Below, in pieces: positions 52,391 through 64,000 of a stretch of DNA of 64,000 nucleotides; the stretch's first letter is position 1; the number at the start of each line of letters is the position of its first letter. The notes below the pieces were generated by a model. That model did no database searches and was not told the DNA's origin. It was given only the letters and a program-made list of their open reading frames with translations. The position numbers and the translations under genes are program-made. Source of the DNA: Mobula hypostoma (lineage: Eukaryota); the NCBI RefSeq assembly GCF_963921235.1, contig NC_086097.1, forward strand, positions 88,972,001 through 89,036,000. The letters run 5' to 3'.

Positions 52391-53788
52391 CAAAGTCCAG
52401 AACTGAGCCCTCTAAGGGTAGTTAATGCAAGATTCCATTCACGTTTCAAATAACTGATTGAATTTTGAATTCTATTTCTCTAAAAATTGCTCTTTTAATT
52501 TCTGATGCCAGCTTTAAAATTATGCAAAGCTAGTGATATTAATCCCCACTTTTCTGTGTAGATAGTATTGTACTTGTCTGTATTTAGTAACAATGTTGAC
52601 TAACACTAAGATTGAATGGAGACTGTTGTTGGATGGTAATACTAATCCCACCTGTCTATCAGCACGCTTGGTATCAACCGGTGGGTATGAAGTTGGTCAC
52701 ATTGCCCAGCAATATGATTTAAGAAAGCAAGGACTTGCATTGATAGAGACTGTTCACAAGGGGGTGTCGAAAGGAAATGTGGAACGTGCAATGTGAAATG
52801 TGCAATGGTAATCACCATTGCAATGCAAACAGTTTGAACACAGCAAGAAATTAACAATAAAGAAGTAAGAGGAAAGATAATTGCCTTTTGGTTGAAAACT
52901 AAATACTGGTGTTCACCAAGTCTTCTTTACAAAGTACCAATAAATCTTTTACATCCAGCTCCTAGGCATTTATTACTCATCTATAACCACTTTTGAGGAG
53001 ACTATAGTGGACCTGCTGGAATACAACTGAGAGGGTCAGCAGGTTTACTTTATAGCTGGAGTCAACTACATCAGTGTGGGGCAAGAGTCACATATAGCCC
53101 CAAGGTGTACATGGAGAGCATATTATATTTTAGTGAATTAGGTTACTTTTTATGATGACCCAATAGCTTCAGTCTTTTCTGATCCTGCTGCCTATACTTG
53201 CCTTTGGTCATTTTTGTGCGTCTGCTGGATCACATGCCCGTGAACAATGCCCACGCAGACCTGGCTGTTGCAAGAAGCAGACAGTGAAGAACCTCACCCT
53301 TCTAACGCCAAATGAGAAGGCAAGAGCCCCTTAATGACTTGAAATAAGACTGAGAGGGAATCTCATTGAAGTGCACAAAAAATTCTTACAGAGCATGGTA
53401 GAGAGGACACCAACCATCCGGGATAGACAGTTTGAGATCTTTGCATCCCTGTGGAGATTTCACTTATGTAATTAGCTCATGAAGAGAGCTGTAGTGGTTC
53501 AGACACTGAGTATACTCAAGTTAGACATCTGTATTAAGTATATCAAGGGATATAGGGTTAATTCAGGAAAGTGGTGTGGAGTTGAAAGATTGGCCTTGAT
53601 CTTCTCAAATGATGAAGCTGGATCAAAGATTGGAATGCCCTGCTCAACTCCTTACGGAAGCAGTATTAATACAATTCCCAGCTTGTGTGCCTACGGGACC
53701 AACCCATCCCCTTGCTCCTCCTGCACATGAACTCATCGAAGAGACAAGAGTGTTAGAGGGACATAAGAGAGCAGTAGAATTCACTTAC

Positions 53789-53821
53789 CTCTGTCGGTTT
53801 ACAGCATTCGTGTAGCATCTC
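53789..53821 (-). CDS. PPP1R14-family 33-nt exon: EMLHECCKPTE
   Basis: cattgcag| ... GAG|gtaagt; phase 0-0; matches the family segment EALVDCYKPTE. Confidence 0.9.
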
Positions 53822-54280
53822 CTGCAATGAGAAGGAAAGACTGTCACCTCAAGCTAGAGACATCAGAAAAGAGACATTAAAATATTGAAGCAAGATCCGT
53901 ATCATGGTTCTGATATTCCCTGTAGTCGATCTTTCTTTCACAGATGTTGAGTGGAATTTCCCCGCCTGTCAGGGACCACAAAACCATTGGTGAGAAAGGC
54001 CAGTTCCCCATGTGCAAAACAGCACCGGTGTTGAATGGCGAGGCGAATAAACCATGAAAGCAGAAGAGTGATACATTTTTTATTTTGCATGATTGCACAA
54101 AAATGAGGAACGTTGAACAAATCAGCTTGGTCAGGCCACGATTACTGTTGTGCAAGTTCAGTTTGTTGAGAAATAAAACAGCTTATTGGCCTATCAATTA
54201 CTCAAGGCAGTCTGCATCAGGGATGTACCCGGGTTACTACAGTAAGGGAGGCAATTGCCGATTTTTGTGTCCTCACTGGC

Positions 54281-55434
54281 GCCATTCCCTTTTCTCAATT
54301 CCTCCATCTCTGCTGCATCTGCTGTCAGGATGAGGCTTTTCATGAGGCTTTTCATGAGGCTCTTCATTCCAGAACGAAGGAGATGTCGTCCTTTTTCAAA
54401 GAAAGGGGCTTCCCTTCCTCCACCATCAATGCTGCCCTCTACCGCATCTCTTCCATTTCGCGCACGTCTTACCCCATCTTCCCACTATGCCAGCAGGGAT
54501 AGGGTTCCTGTTGTCCTCACTTACCGCCCCTCCAGCCTCCACATCCAGCACATAATTCTCTGGAACTCCTGCCATCTCCAACGGGATCTCACCACCAAGC
54601 GCATCTTTTCTCTCCCCGCCCCCCACTTCCTGCTTTCCACAGGGATCACTCCCTACGCGACTCCCTTGTCCGTTTGTCCATCCACACTGGCATCCTCCTG
54701 GCACATCCTTGTAAGTGGAACAAGTGCTACACCTGCCCCTACACCTCCTCCCTCACTACCACTCAGGGCCCCAAACAGGCCTTTCAGGTCTGTTGGGGTC
54801 ATAGACTGTGTCCGGTGCTCCCGGTGTGGCCTCCTGTATATTGGTGAGCACCTATGCTCCGTCCGCCAGAAGAAATGGCGTACACCTCCCATTCCCAATC
54901 TGGTATGTCTATCCATGGCCTCCTCTACTGTTGTGATGACGCCACACTCAGGTTGAAGGAGCAACACCTTATATTCTGTCTGGGTAGCCTCCAACCTGAT
55001 GGCATGAACATCAATTTCTCAAACCTCCAGTATTGCCTCTCCCCCTTCACTATTCTCTCACCTCATCTCCTTGCCTGCCCATCACTTGCCTCTGCTGCGC
55101 CTCCCCCTTTTCTTTCTTCCATGGCCTTCTGTACTCTCCTATCTAATTCCCCCTTCTGCATCCCTGTATCACTTTCACCAATCAACTTCCCAGCTCTTTA
55201 TTTCATCCCTCCTCATCCAGTTTCACCTCTTACCTTGTGTTTCTCTCTTCCCCCTCCCCCTCCCCACCTTTTAAATCTACTCATCTTTTTTTTCCTCCAG
55301 TCCTGCTGAAGGGTCTCAGCTCGAAACGTTGACTGTACTCTTTTCCATAGATGCTGCCTGGCCTGCTGAGTTCCTCCAGAATTTTGTGTGTGTTGCTTGG
55401 ATTTCCAGCATCAGCAGATTTTCTCTTGTTTGTG
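54281..55434 (+). mobile_element. Penelope-like element remnant (RT C-terminal region, GIY-YIG endonuclease, terminus with hammerhead 55298-55335) inserted in CR1
   Basis: RDRVPVVLTYRPSSL, VIDCVRCSRCGLLYIGE and EQHLIFCLGSLQPDGMNINFS motifs; hammerhead CAGTC-CTGCTGA-...-GAAAC-GTT-GACTG has an A6C change; host CR1 gtcctcactggc|acaggaatagtgccag is split. Confidence 0.9.
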
Positions 55435-57965
55435 ACAGGAATAGTGCCAGGGGATTGGAGAATGCCAAACGTTGTTCCTTTGTTCAAGAAAGGTAATAGG
55501 GATAATTCTGGGTATTCTGGGAATCTCAGTGGTGGGCAAACTATTGGAGAAATTCTTAGAGACAGGATTTGCGAGCATTAGGAGAAGCATTGTCTGATTA
55601 GGGATAGTCAACATGGCTTTGTGGGGGCCGACTGACCCTCACGAGCCTAATTGAATTCTTTGAGGAAGTGATGAAACATATCAATGAAGGCAGAGCAGTA
55701 GATGTGGTGTATATGGATTTTAGTAAGGCATTTGACAATGTTCCCCATGGCAGGCTAATTCAGAAAGCCAGGAGGCATGGGATCCATGGATTCAGAATTG
55801 GCTTGCCCACTGAAGGCAGAGGGTAATAGTAGATGGAGCATGTTCTGTCTGGAGGTCTGTGACCAGTGGTCATGGACAGGTACAGCACATAAACCGGCCC
55901 TTCAGCCCATCTATTGCATGCCGAAACCATTTACTCCCATTGACCTGCACTGGGACCATAGTCCTCCATATCTCTACTATCTATGTCCATATCCAAACTT
56001 CTCTTCAACATTGAAATCAAGCCCACATGCCCAGTTGCGCTGGCAGCTCATTCCACACTCTCATGACCCTCTGAAGAAGTTTCCCCTCATGTACCCCTTA
56101 AACTTCTCACCTTTCACCCTTAACCCATAACCTCTGTTTGTAATCCCACCCAACCTCAGTGGAAAAAGCTTGCTTTCATTTACTCCTCATAATTTCGTAT
56201 ACCTCTATCAAATCTCCTCTCAATCTTCTATGTTCTAAATAATACAGTCCTAACCTATTTGATCTTTCCTTATAACTCTGGTCCTCCAGACCCAGCAACA
56301 TCCTTGTAAATTTTCTCTGTACTCTTTCAAACTTGTTTTCATCTCTCCTGTAGGTGGATGACCAAAACTGCACACCATACTCCAAAATAGGCCCTAGCAA
56401 TGTCTTACACAACTTCAATATAACATCCCATCTTCTGTACGCAATACATTGATTTATAAAGACCAATGTGCCAAAAGTTTTCCTTATGACCCTCTATCTA
56501 TCTGTGATGCCACTTTCAATGAATTATTTATCTGTATTCCCAGATCCCTTTGTTCTACCACACTCTTCAGTGCCCTTTTGTTCACTGTGCAAGACCAACC
56601 CTGGCTGGTCCCTACGAAGTGCAAAACCTCACACTTAGTTGCATTAAATTCCATCTACCATTTTCCAGCCCATTTTTCTAGCTGATGCAGATCCCTCTGC
56701 AAGCCATGATAGCCTTCCTCATTGTCCACTACACCCCCAAATCTTAGTGTCCTCTGCAAACTTGCTGATCCAGTTAACCACATTATCATCCAGATCATTG
56801 ATATAGATGACAAACAATGAAGAACTCAGCACTGAACCTTGTAGCACGCCATGGGTCACTAGCCTCCAGTAAGAGAGGTAACACTCTATTACCACTCTCT
56901 GGCTTCTCCACAATGCCAATATCTAATCCAATTTACCACTTCATCCTGAAATCCAAGCAACTGAATCTTCTAGACCTGCCTTCCACAGGGATCTTTTCTG
57001 GGACCCTTGCTGTTAGTGATTTTTATAAATTACTTGGATGTGGAAGTGGAAGGGTGGGTTAGTAAATTTGCAGATATCACAAAGGTTGGTGGTGATGTGG
57101 ATAGCGTACAAGGTTGTTGTAGATGAATGGGACATTGACAGAGCTGGATTGAGAAGGGGCAGATGGAGTTCAACCCGGAAAAGCGTGAGGTGATTTACTT
57201 TGGAAGGTTGAACTTGAAGGCAGAATACAGGGTTAATGGCAGGATTCTTAGCAGTGTGGAGCAACTGCGGGATTCACATCCATAGATCCCGCAAAGTTTC
57301 AGTACAAGTTGATAAGAGTGCTTAGGAGGGACATGGAGTATGGGCTTGCTCAGTTGGGGGACTGAGTTCAAGAGCTGCGATGTGAATTTGCAGCTCTATA
57401 AAACCCCAGTTAGACCACATTTGGAGTATTGTGTTCAGTTGTAATTACCTCTTTATAGGAAAGATGTGGAAACTTTAAAGAGGGTGTGGAGGAGATTTAT
57501 CAGGATGCTGCCTGAATTAGAGAGTATGTCTTATGAGGAAAGGTAGAGCAAGGTAGGGATTTTCTCTTTGGAGAGAAAGAGGATGAGAATTGACTTGATA
57601 GAAGTGTACACAAGGTAATAACAGGCATGGATTTAGTGAATAGCCAGAGACTTTTTCCCCCCAGGGTGGAAATGGCTAATGCAAGGGGGCATAACTTCTA
57701 AGTTGTTGAGAGGAACTTATAAGCGGGAATGTCAAAGGCAGGTTTTTTTTCTTACACAGAGAGTGGTAGTTCATGGAACATGCTGCCAGTGGTGGTAGTA
57801 AAGGAAGAAACAATAGGGACATTTAAGAGACTCTTGGATAGTTACATAGATTAAATAAAATTAGAGGCTACGTGGATGGGAAGAGTTAGATTGATCTTGG
57901 AGTAGGTTAAAGGTTGCCACAACGTTGTGATCCAAAGTGCCTGTACTGTGCTGTACTGTTCTATG
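55435..57965 (+). mobile_element. CR1 LINE RT region, interrupted by an antisense CR1
   Basis: VPGDWRMPNVVPLFKKG and atggattttagtaaggcatttgac motifs; host gtgaccagtggt|ttccacagggatc is split at 55870/56981. Confidence 0.88.
55871..56980 (-). mobile_element. CR1 LINE 3' fragment nested in CR1
   Basis: Minus ORFs GVLQGSVLSSSLFVIYINDLDD...KFAEDTK and ERVQRKFTRMLLGL. Confidence 0.88.
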
Positions 57966-59039
57966 TTCGATCAATCAGAAAACAGACACTTCACAGGAGC
58001 AATCGAGTGCCAGTGTACACTTTCTGCTGATGATAAACTCTGCATTCAGGATATAACTTAGCAAAATCACTTATTTGTTTTCTGAAATGCGCCCATCAAT
58101 CTCTACACACAGTGTGCTTGGAGCTGATGCATGACAACAAACTAATCGCAAAAGGACTTTCAACAAGTTTGATCAAATGGGGCATAAAAGTTCTGACCAA
58201 GGGTGCAGACCTGAAAGCTAGATTCTTTCCACAGATGCTGAGTTTTTCCAGCATTTTCTCTTTGTCCTTGATTTTTAAATAAAATTGCAAAACCCAGCAG
58301 ATCTTCTCGTCTTCATTTTAAGGGCTCAAATGAGATCCTTCATTGGGATTGGAATGCTGGCACTCTTCAATATGGCCGCAACAAAGAGACTTTCTTTAAG
58401 AGTGGATACACTTGGTTTTTATTAGTGTGCACCAACCATGCAGTTTAAGAACAATCAGAATGACTTAAGTGCTCTAATCACAAGTGGCTGAAAAGGTGCA
58501 TTTTCACCCCACCCTTTAAGGAAGAAATCCTGGAAGTCTTCCTAATGTGAAGTCTTCATTCCAGCCAGAATCTCTAATGAGCTCACCAGAGGGAGATCAT
58601 TCAACGGGCTCCAACCAAAGAGACGATCCAACGGGCTCTGTGCCAGCAGAGCCATTAATTTGGAGAGACCCATTAAACAGTCTGACTGGAATGAATGAAT
58701 GATAATCTATTGGTATTGAAGATGGAATGCTTAGAGTGCAGTTAGCCCAGGAGTATCATGACTGTCTGCAGTAAGTCTCTCTCTCCCAGTGCTTCCTTAA
58801 GCTACTGTCTGTCTACAAATTGTTCCAGTGCTTCAGGCATGCTCTCTGGTCAATTAGAGTGACCATACTCACTATATATGAAAGTCTGAGCTGTTTTTCT
58901 AATCCCATCATGTTCCTGTGCTTCTAATAAGGCACTGGGAACAGTAATGAAATTCAGGTATGTCCTCAAAGTACATTCATTATCAAAATGTGCATCTATA
59001 TATACAACTTTGAGATTCGTCTCCAGAAAACAAAGAACC

Positions 59040-61030
59040 ATACAAATTAGCCAGAGAAAGTGGCTCACCTGAGGACTGGGAGAAATTCAGAGTTCAGCAG
59101 AGGAGGACAAAGGGCTTAATTAGGAAGGGGAAAAAAGATTATGAGAGAAAACTGGCAGGGAACATAAAAACTGACTGTAAAAGCTTTTATAGATATGTAA
59201 AAAGGAAAAGACTGGTAAAGACAAATGTAGGTCCCCTGCAGACAGAAACAGGTAAATTGATTATGGGGAGCAAGGACATGGCAGACCAATTGAATAATTA
59301 CTTTGGTTCTGTCTTCACTAAGGAGGACATAAATAATCTTCCAGAAATAGTAGGGGACAGAGGGTCCAGTGAGATGGAGGAACTGAGCGAAATACATGTT
59401 AGTAGGGAAGTGGTGTTAGGTAAATTGAAGGGATTAAAGGCAGATAAATCCCCAGGGCCAGATGGTCTGCATCCCAGAGTGCTTTAGGAAGTAGCCCAAG
59501 AAATAGTGGATGCATTAGTGATAATTTTTCAAAACTTGTTAGATTCTGGACTAGTTCCTGAGGATTGGAGGGTGGCTGATGTAACCCCACTTTTTAAAAA
59601 AGGAGGGAGAGAGAAACCGGGGAATTATAGACCGGTTAGCCTAACATCGGTGGTGGGGAAACTGCTGGAGTCAGTTATCAAAGATGTGATAACAGCACAT
59701 TTGGAAAGCGGTGAAATCATCGGACAAAGTCAGCATGGATTTGTGAAAGGAAAATCATGTCTGACGTATCTCAGAATTTTTTGAGGATATAACTAGCAGA
59801 GTGGATAGGGGAGAACCAGTGGATGTGGTATATTTGGATTTTCAAAAGGCTTTTGACAAGGTCCCACACAGGAGATTAGTGTGCAAACGTAAAGCACACG
59901 GTATTGGGGGTAAGGTATTGATGTGGATAGAGAACTGGTTAGCAGACAGGAAGCAAAGAGTGGGAATAAACGGGACCTTTTCAGAATGGCAGGCGGTGAC
60001 TAGTGGGGTACCACAAGGCTCAGTGCTGGGACCCCAGTTGTTTACAATATATATTAATGACTTGGATGAGGGAATTAAATGCAGCATCTCCAAGTTTGCG
60101 GATGACATGAAGCTGGGCGGCAGTGTTAGCTGTGAGGAGGATGCTAAGAGGATGCAGGGTGACTTGGATAGGTTGGGTGAGTGGGCAAATTCATGGCAGA
60201 TGCAATTTAATGTGGATAAATGTGAAGTTATCCACTTTGGTGGCAAAAATAGGAAAACAGATTATTATCTGAATGGTGGCCGATTAGGAAAAGGGGAGGT
60301 GCCACGAGACCTGGGTGTCATTATACACCAGTCATTGAAAGTGGGCATGCAGGTACAGCAGGCGGTGAAAAAGGCGAATGGTATGCTGGCATTTATAGCG
60401 AGAGGATTCGAGTACAGGAGCAGGGAGGTACTACTGCAGTTGTACAAGGCCTTGGTGAGACCACACCTGGAGTATTGTGTGCAGTTTTGGTCCCCTAATC
60501 TGAGGAAAGACATCCTTGCCATAGAGGGAGTACAAAGAAGGTTCACCAGATTGATTCCTGGGATGGCAGGACTTTTATATGAAGAAAAACTGGATGAACT
60601 AGGCTTGTACTCATTGGAATTTAGAAGATTGAGGGGGGATCTGATTGAAACGTATAAAATCCTAAAGGGATTGGACAGGCTAGATGCAGGAAGATTGTTC
60701 CCGATGTTGGGGAAGTCCAGAACGAGGGGTCACAGTTTGAGGATAAAGGGGAAGCCATTTAGGACTGAGATATTAGGAAAAACTTCTTCACACAGAGTGG
60801 TGAATCTGTGGAATTCTCTGCCACAGGAAACAGTTGAGGCCGGTTCATTGGCTATATTTAAGAGGGAGTTAGATATGGCCCTTGTGGCTACGGGGATCAG
60901 AGGGTATGGAAGGAAGGCTGGGGCAGGGTTCTGAGTTGGATGATCAGCCATGATCATAATAAATGGCGGTGCAGGCTTGAAGGGCCGAATGGCCTACTCC
61001 TGCACCTATTTTCTATGTTTCTATGTTTCT
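59040..61030 (+). mobile_element. Young 5'-truncated CR1 LINE (RT nearly intact)
   Basis: 377-aa ORF with YLDFQKAFDKVPH, SGVPQGSVLGP and KFADD; only a stop near 59487 and a few indels; (TTCTATGT)n tail; apparent AACC TSD at 59036-59039 and 61031-61034 splitting an older repeat. Confidence 0.95.
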
Positions 61031-61184
61031 AACCCAATGGGCACTATTATATAAAGAAGAGTGTCAAACACCCAATGTGCTGGGGGAAAAACAGCAAATT
61101 GTGCAAACAATAAGAGTAAGCAAATAACATTCAGAAGTTCATGAGAGTTCACAACCATTAAGGCAGTCACAGCTATGCACTAAC

Positions 61185-61265
61185 CTGGAGTTTCGAGCGC
61201 TGGTCTTCATCTGAGATTTCTAGCAGTTCATCAATGTCAATCTCCAGCTCTGGGATTTCTTCCTC
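61185..61265 (-). CDS. PPP1R14-family exon: EEEIPELEIDIDELLEISDEDQRSKLQ
   Basis: tctttatttctgaag| ... CAG|gttagt; 81 nt, phase 0-0; matches PPP1R14C EEEMPEVEIDIDDLLDADSDEERASKLQ. Not shown in the ORF track. Confidence 0.93.
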
Positions 61266-62124
61266 CTTCAGAAATAAAGAGAACAGTTATTTAAACGACA
61301 TAGCAGACCCGGGAGCGGGGGGTGACAGTAAGAATTACCACAGGCTAATCATCTTAAACCTAGTTTCGGTTAAGGATGTGACAGTGTTGGAGAGGGTGCA
61401 GAAAAGAGGTTGACTACGATGGAACACCTCAGTCTCGAGATGAGACTGGAGGGGCTGGGTTTGTTTTCCATGGAGTGGAGCAGGGTACAGCCATGTATCT
61501 GAGGTATATATAATTACACAGAGTGGACGGAAAAAAAGAATCTCATATGAAGATGGATAAAATGAGAAGACATAGATGTAGAGTAAGAGTCATAGACTCA
61601 ATGGGGACCACAGAGAGTGGTGAGTACCCGAAATGCACTGCCTGAGAGAATGGTGTAAGCTCAGTTTCTAACATTAGCGAAATGTCTGGACATGAACTTA
61701 AATCACATAGGCATAGAAGGTTATGGGTCAGGTGCCGGGAGCTGGGGTTAATACTGATGATGCACACTGGTTGGCGTTGAGGTGTTTGGCCTAATGGTCT
61801 ATTTCCAGGCTGTATGACTTGATGCAGGTTTAGGAATCTATTATATTTACTCACAATTCCGCTTTTTGGGGCCCCAGTTGTATTTGTTCTTAGATGTCTT
61901 TTAACCAGCACTGAACATTCTACCACCACAAAGCATTTCAGTCTCAACGGGAAGTGTCGTTAGTGAACTTAGATGCAAAGTCATCGTCAGGATCTTCCTC
62001 AGATGCCCACTTCCAGAAAGGCTCTCTGAACCATAGTGTAGACTCCCATCTACCTAGAGGCAGAGTAAACACCGCCCTCACTGTGAAACTATTTGAAGAG
62101 AATTGCAGGGACCACAGTGGTAGA

Positions 62125-62465
62125 GGGGCACAGCCGGTACAGCCACTGCCTCATAGCGCCTGTGGGCCAGGTTCAATCCTGACGTCCAGTGTTGTCTCTG
62201 TGGAGTTTGCATGCTCATCCTGTGACTGTGTGAGCTTCCTCTGGGGGCTCCAGTTTCCTCCCACATCCCAAAGACATGCAGGTTGATAGGTTAGTTGGCC
62301 ATTGCCAATTGCCCTTAGTCTGTGGTGAGCGGGAGAATCTGGGGCAGTTGATGGGAACATAGGGAAAATTAAAAATGATATTAGTGTAAATGGATGGCTA
62401 ATGAACAGTGCAGACTTGATGGGCCAAAAGGCCTTTTTTCTATGCTATGTCACTCTATAACTCTA
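62125..62465 (+). mobile_element. V-SINE (HE1-like) with CR1-type tail
   Basis: ggttcaatcctgac B-box; gtggagtttgcatgctc...ctccagtttcctcccacatcccaaagac V-domain; gatgggccaaaaggcc tail. Confidence 0.8.
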
Positions 62466-62879
62466 TGATTACTACACATAGGCCTTTTTCTACCTCACCA
62501 AAGCATTGCCTGGGAGGAATCGTAGAATGCCCACTTGAAATTTGAATACCCACAGAAATTTGTCTTCACCTCATGTTTACTTCACGATGACAAGCAATAT
62601 CCATCAAACGGGTCATCAACAGAGCCAGTCTCAGTTCATACCGGTGTCAAACAGTATCGGCACTTCTTTCAATCAATCTCACTTCCAATAAACTTAGCTT
62701 TGCGTGGAGCTTTAGAACACAGGAGCAACTCTTGAAGCTATGACAACTATACTCCAGAACCATCCTCAGTAATCATGTTGTAGTATACAGACAAAGTGCT
62801 TGTGTCTGCTCAGAGGACAAGTTCCAAGCTTTTGTTGACTTATTTACTTAAGGTTACAAGTGGATGGGCTTTGCAAAGA

Positions 62880-63330
62880 CCCTTTACCAACTTGCCCCTG
62901 TTGTACAAAGCCAGCCTCGAACAAAGAAGTTTGCATTAAAACTCAGGAAAATCTGGACTACTTTGCATATCTCACCCCTCAGTGAAGGCAAATATTGATG
63001 ATGAGATTTGACATCACTTTCACTGGGCCAACACAACCTTTGGTCAGTTGGGATAAATATTGGTTTATCAGGCAGCTCTGATTCATTGGTATGTTTCTGA
63101 GACCTGGACTACCTCAAGCAGGCACATCAGGGCAATGGAGATATGTCCAAAGCTGATCTGGTATCCAGAAAATCACCAAATTAATTGAAAGGATAAATTA
63201 AAATGTCCTACATCCCCAGCACTAAGGCCCTCGTTCACTCTGTCAGCTCCACTGAGTAGACCATTTTCATCACTTGCCCAAAACCTGACACTCAGAACAG
63301 GCATCCAATCCAAGGAGCAAATTTAACATC
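62880..63330 (+). mobile_element. Old decayed RTE-like LINE fragment
   Basis: gaaggcaaatattgatgatgagatt...cctttggtcagttg and tctgagacctggact resemble RTE ORF segments; heavily degraded. Confidence 0.45.
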
Positions 63331-64000
63331 CCCACTGACTCCTGGGAATCTTTGGTCCACGACCAAAGTAGAGTAGAAATATGATAAGTTAGCATTGTGG
63401 GCACACAAAAGCTCCAAGAAAATGCAGGGGGAGTTCAATTCTTTACAAATCAAGTCAGGCATATTTATCCTATCTATGGAAGAGTCTGTGGTTCCCATTT
63501 TGACCTCATCAGTCCCCTGAGAACCCACAGAGATGGAATGAAAGCAACTCATCCTCAGTCCCAGGGGACTGGCAATGGAAAGGTTTCTGTATATATCCTG
63601 GGTTAGTTCACCCTGAGGAAGATATCTTCTCTGCATTGTGTTCATTCACAATGGATAGCATAGTGGGGAGAATTTACTTCTTTCATAGCTATGCAAAGCT
63701 GCTCACATACCTGGCAACCAATCCAGAGAATTCCTCTATATCTTTATACTACACACCAATACATAAGAGCAATCACAAATTCCTGTCACTCCTTGGGCAA
63801 TTTCCAGGACCATAACTAATCACTAGGTCCAGCCTCCCCAAGATAAACAACGAACAACTCACCTTAAAGACTCTGTAAACAGTTCCAACTCAGTGACCCT
63901 TCATCACAAGAACTTTTGTGCTGTTACGTGTATAAACTTAGCAGCTTTACAACTCATATAGTTAATGAATCATAAAGGGTGCTCTCTCTGGTGTCAAGGT

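Noticed and set aside
59801..60934. 377-aa ORF as a host gene or active LINE
   Set aside because: CR1 reverse transcriptase in a 5'-truncated copy lacking the endonuclease and carrying a stop and frameshifts.

Overview
Eukaryotic, repeat-rich vertebrate DNA. The repeat mix (CR1, Rex1/Babar, RTE, V-SINE/HE1-like SINEs, Penelope-like elements) suggests a cartilaginous fish, probably a ray; this is inference. Two host genes lie tail-to-tail. (1) A CLEC18 gene (CAP/SCP + EGF-like + C-type lectin) on the + strand has 10 coding exons from 11453 to 38391, all GT-AG and phase-consistent, giving 373 aa plus stop; its first exons were not found in the window. (2) A PPP1R14/CPI-17-family PP1 inhibitor on the - strand has three exons (61265-61185, 53821-53789, 50068-50000); exon 1 is probably beyond 64000. 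Between them a full-length Ty3/Gypsy LTR retrotransposon (41993-46159) is nested in a CR1 LINE. It has an AGAG TSD, a tRNA-Trp PBS, a G_GGA_AAC -1 frameshift site and a disrupted pol. The most notable non-coding signal is a set of minimal type-I hammerhead ribozyme motifs in Penelope-like termini. Two have intact cores and sit in tiny TSD-flanked insertions (29120-29220, sense within a CLEC18 intron; 50365-50530, inside a 35-bp hairpin). There is also a foldback mariner element with five TIR copies. Most ORFs in the supplied track are repeat fragments or spurious. Repeat boundaries without a stated TSD are approximate, and family calls come from recognising motifs, not from database searches.
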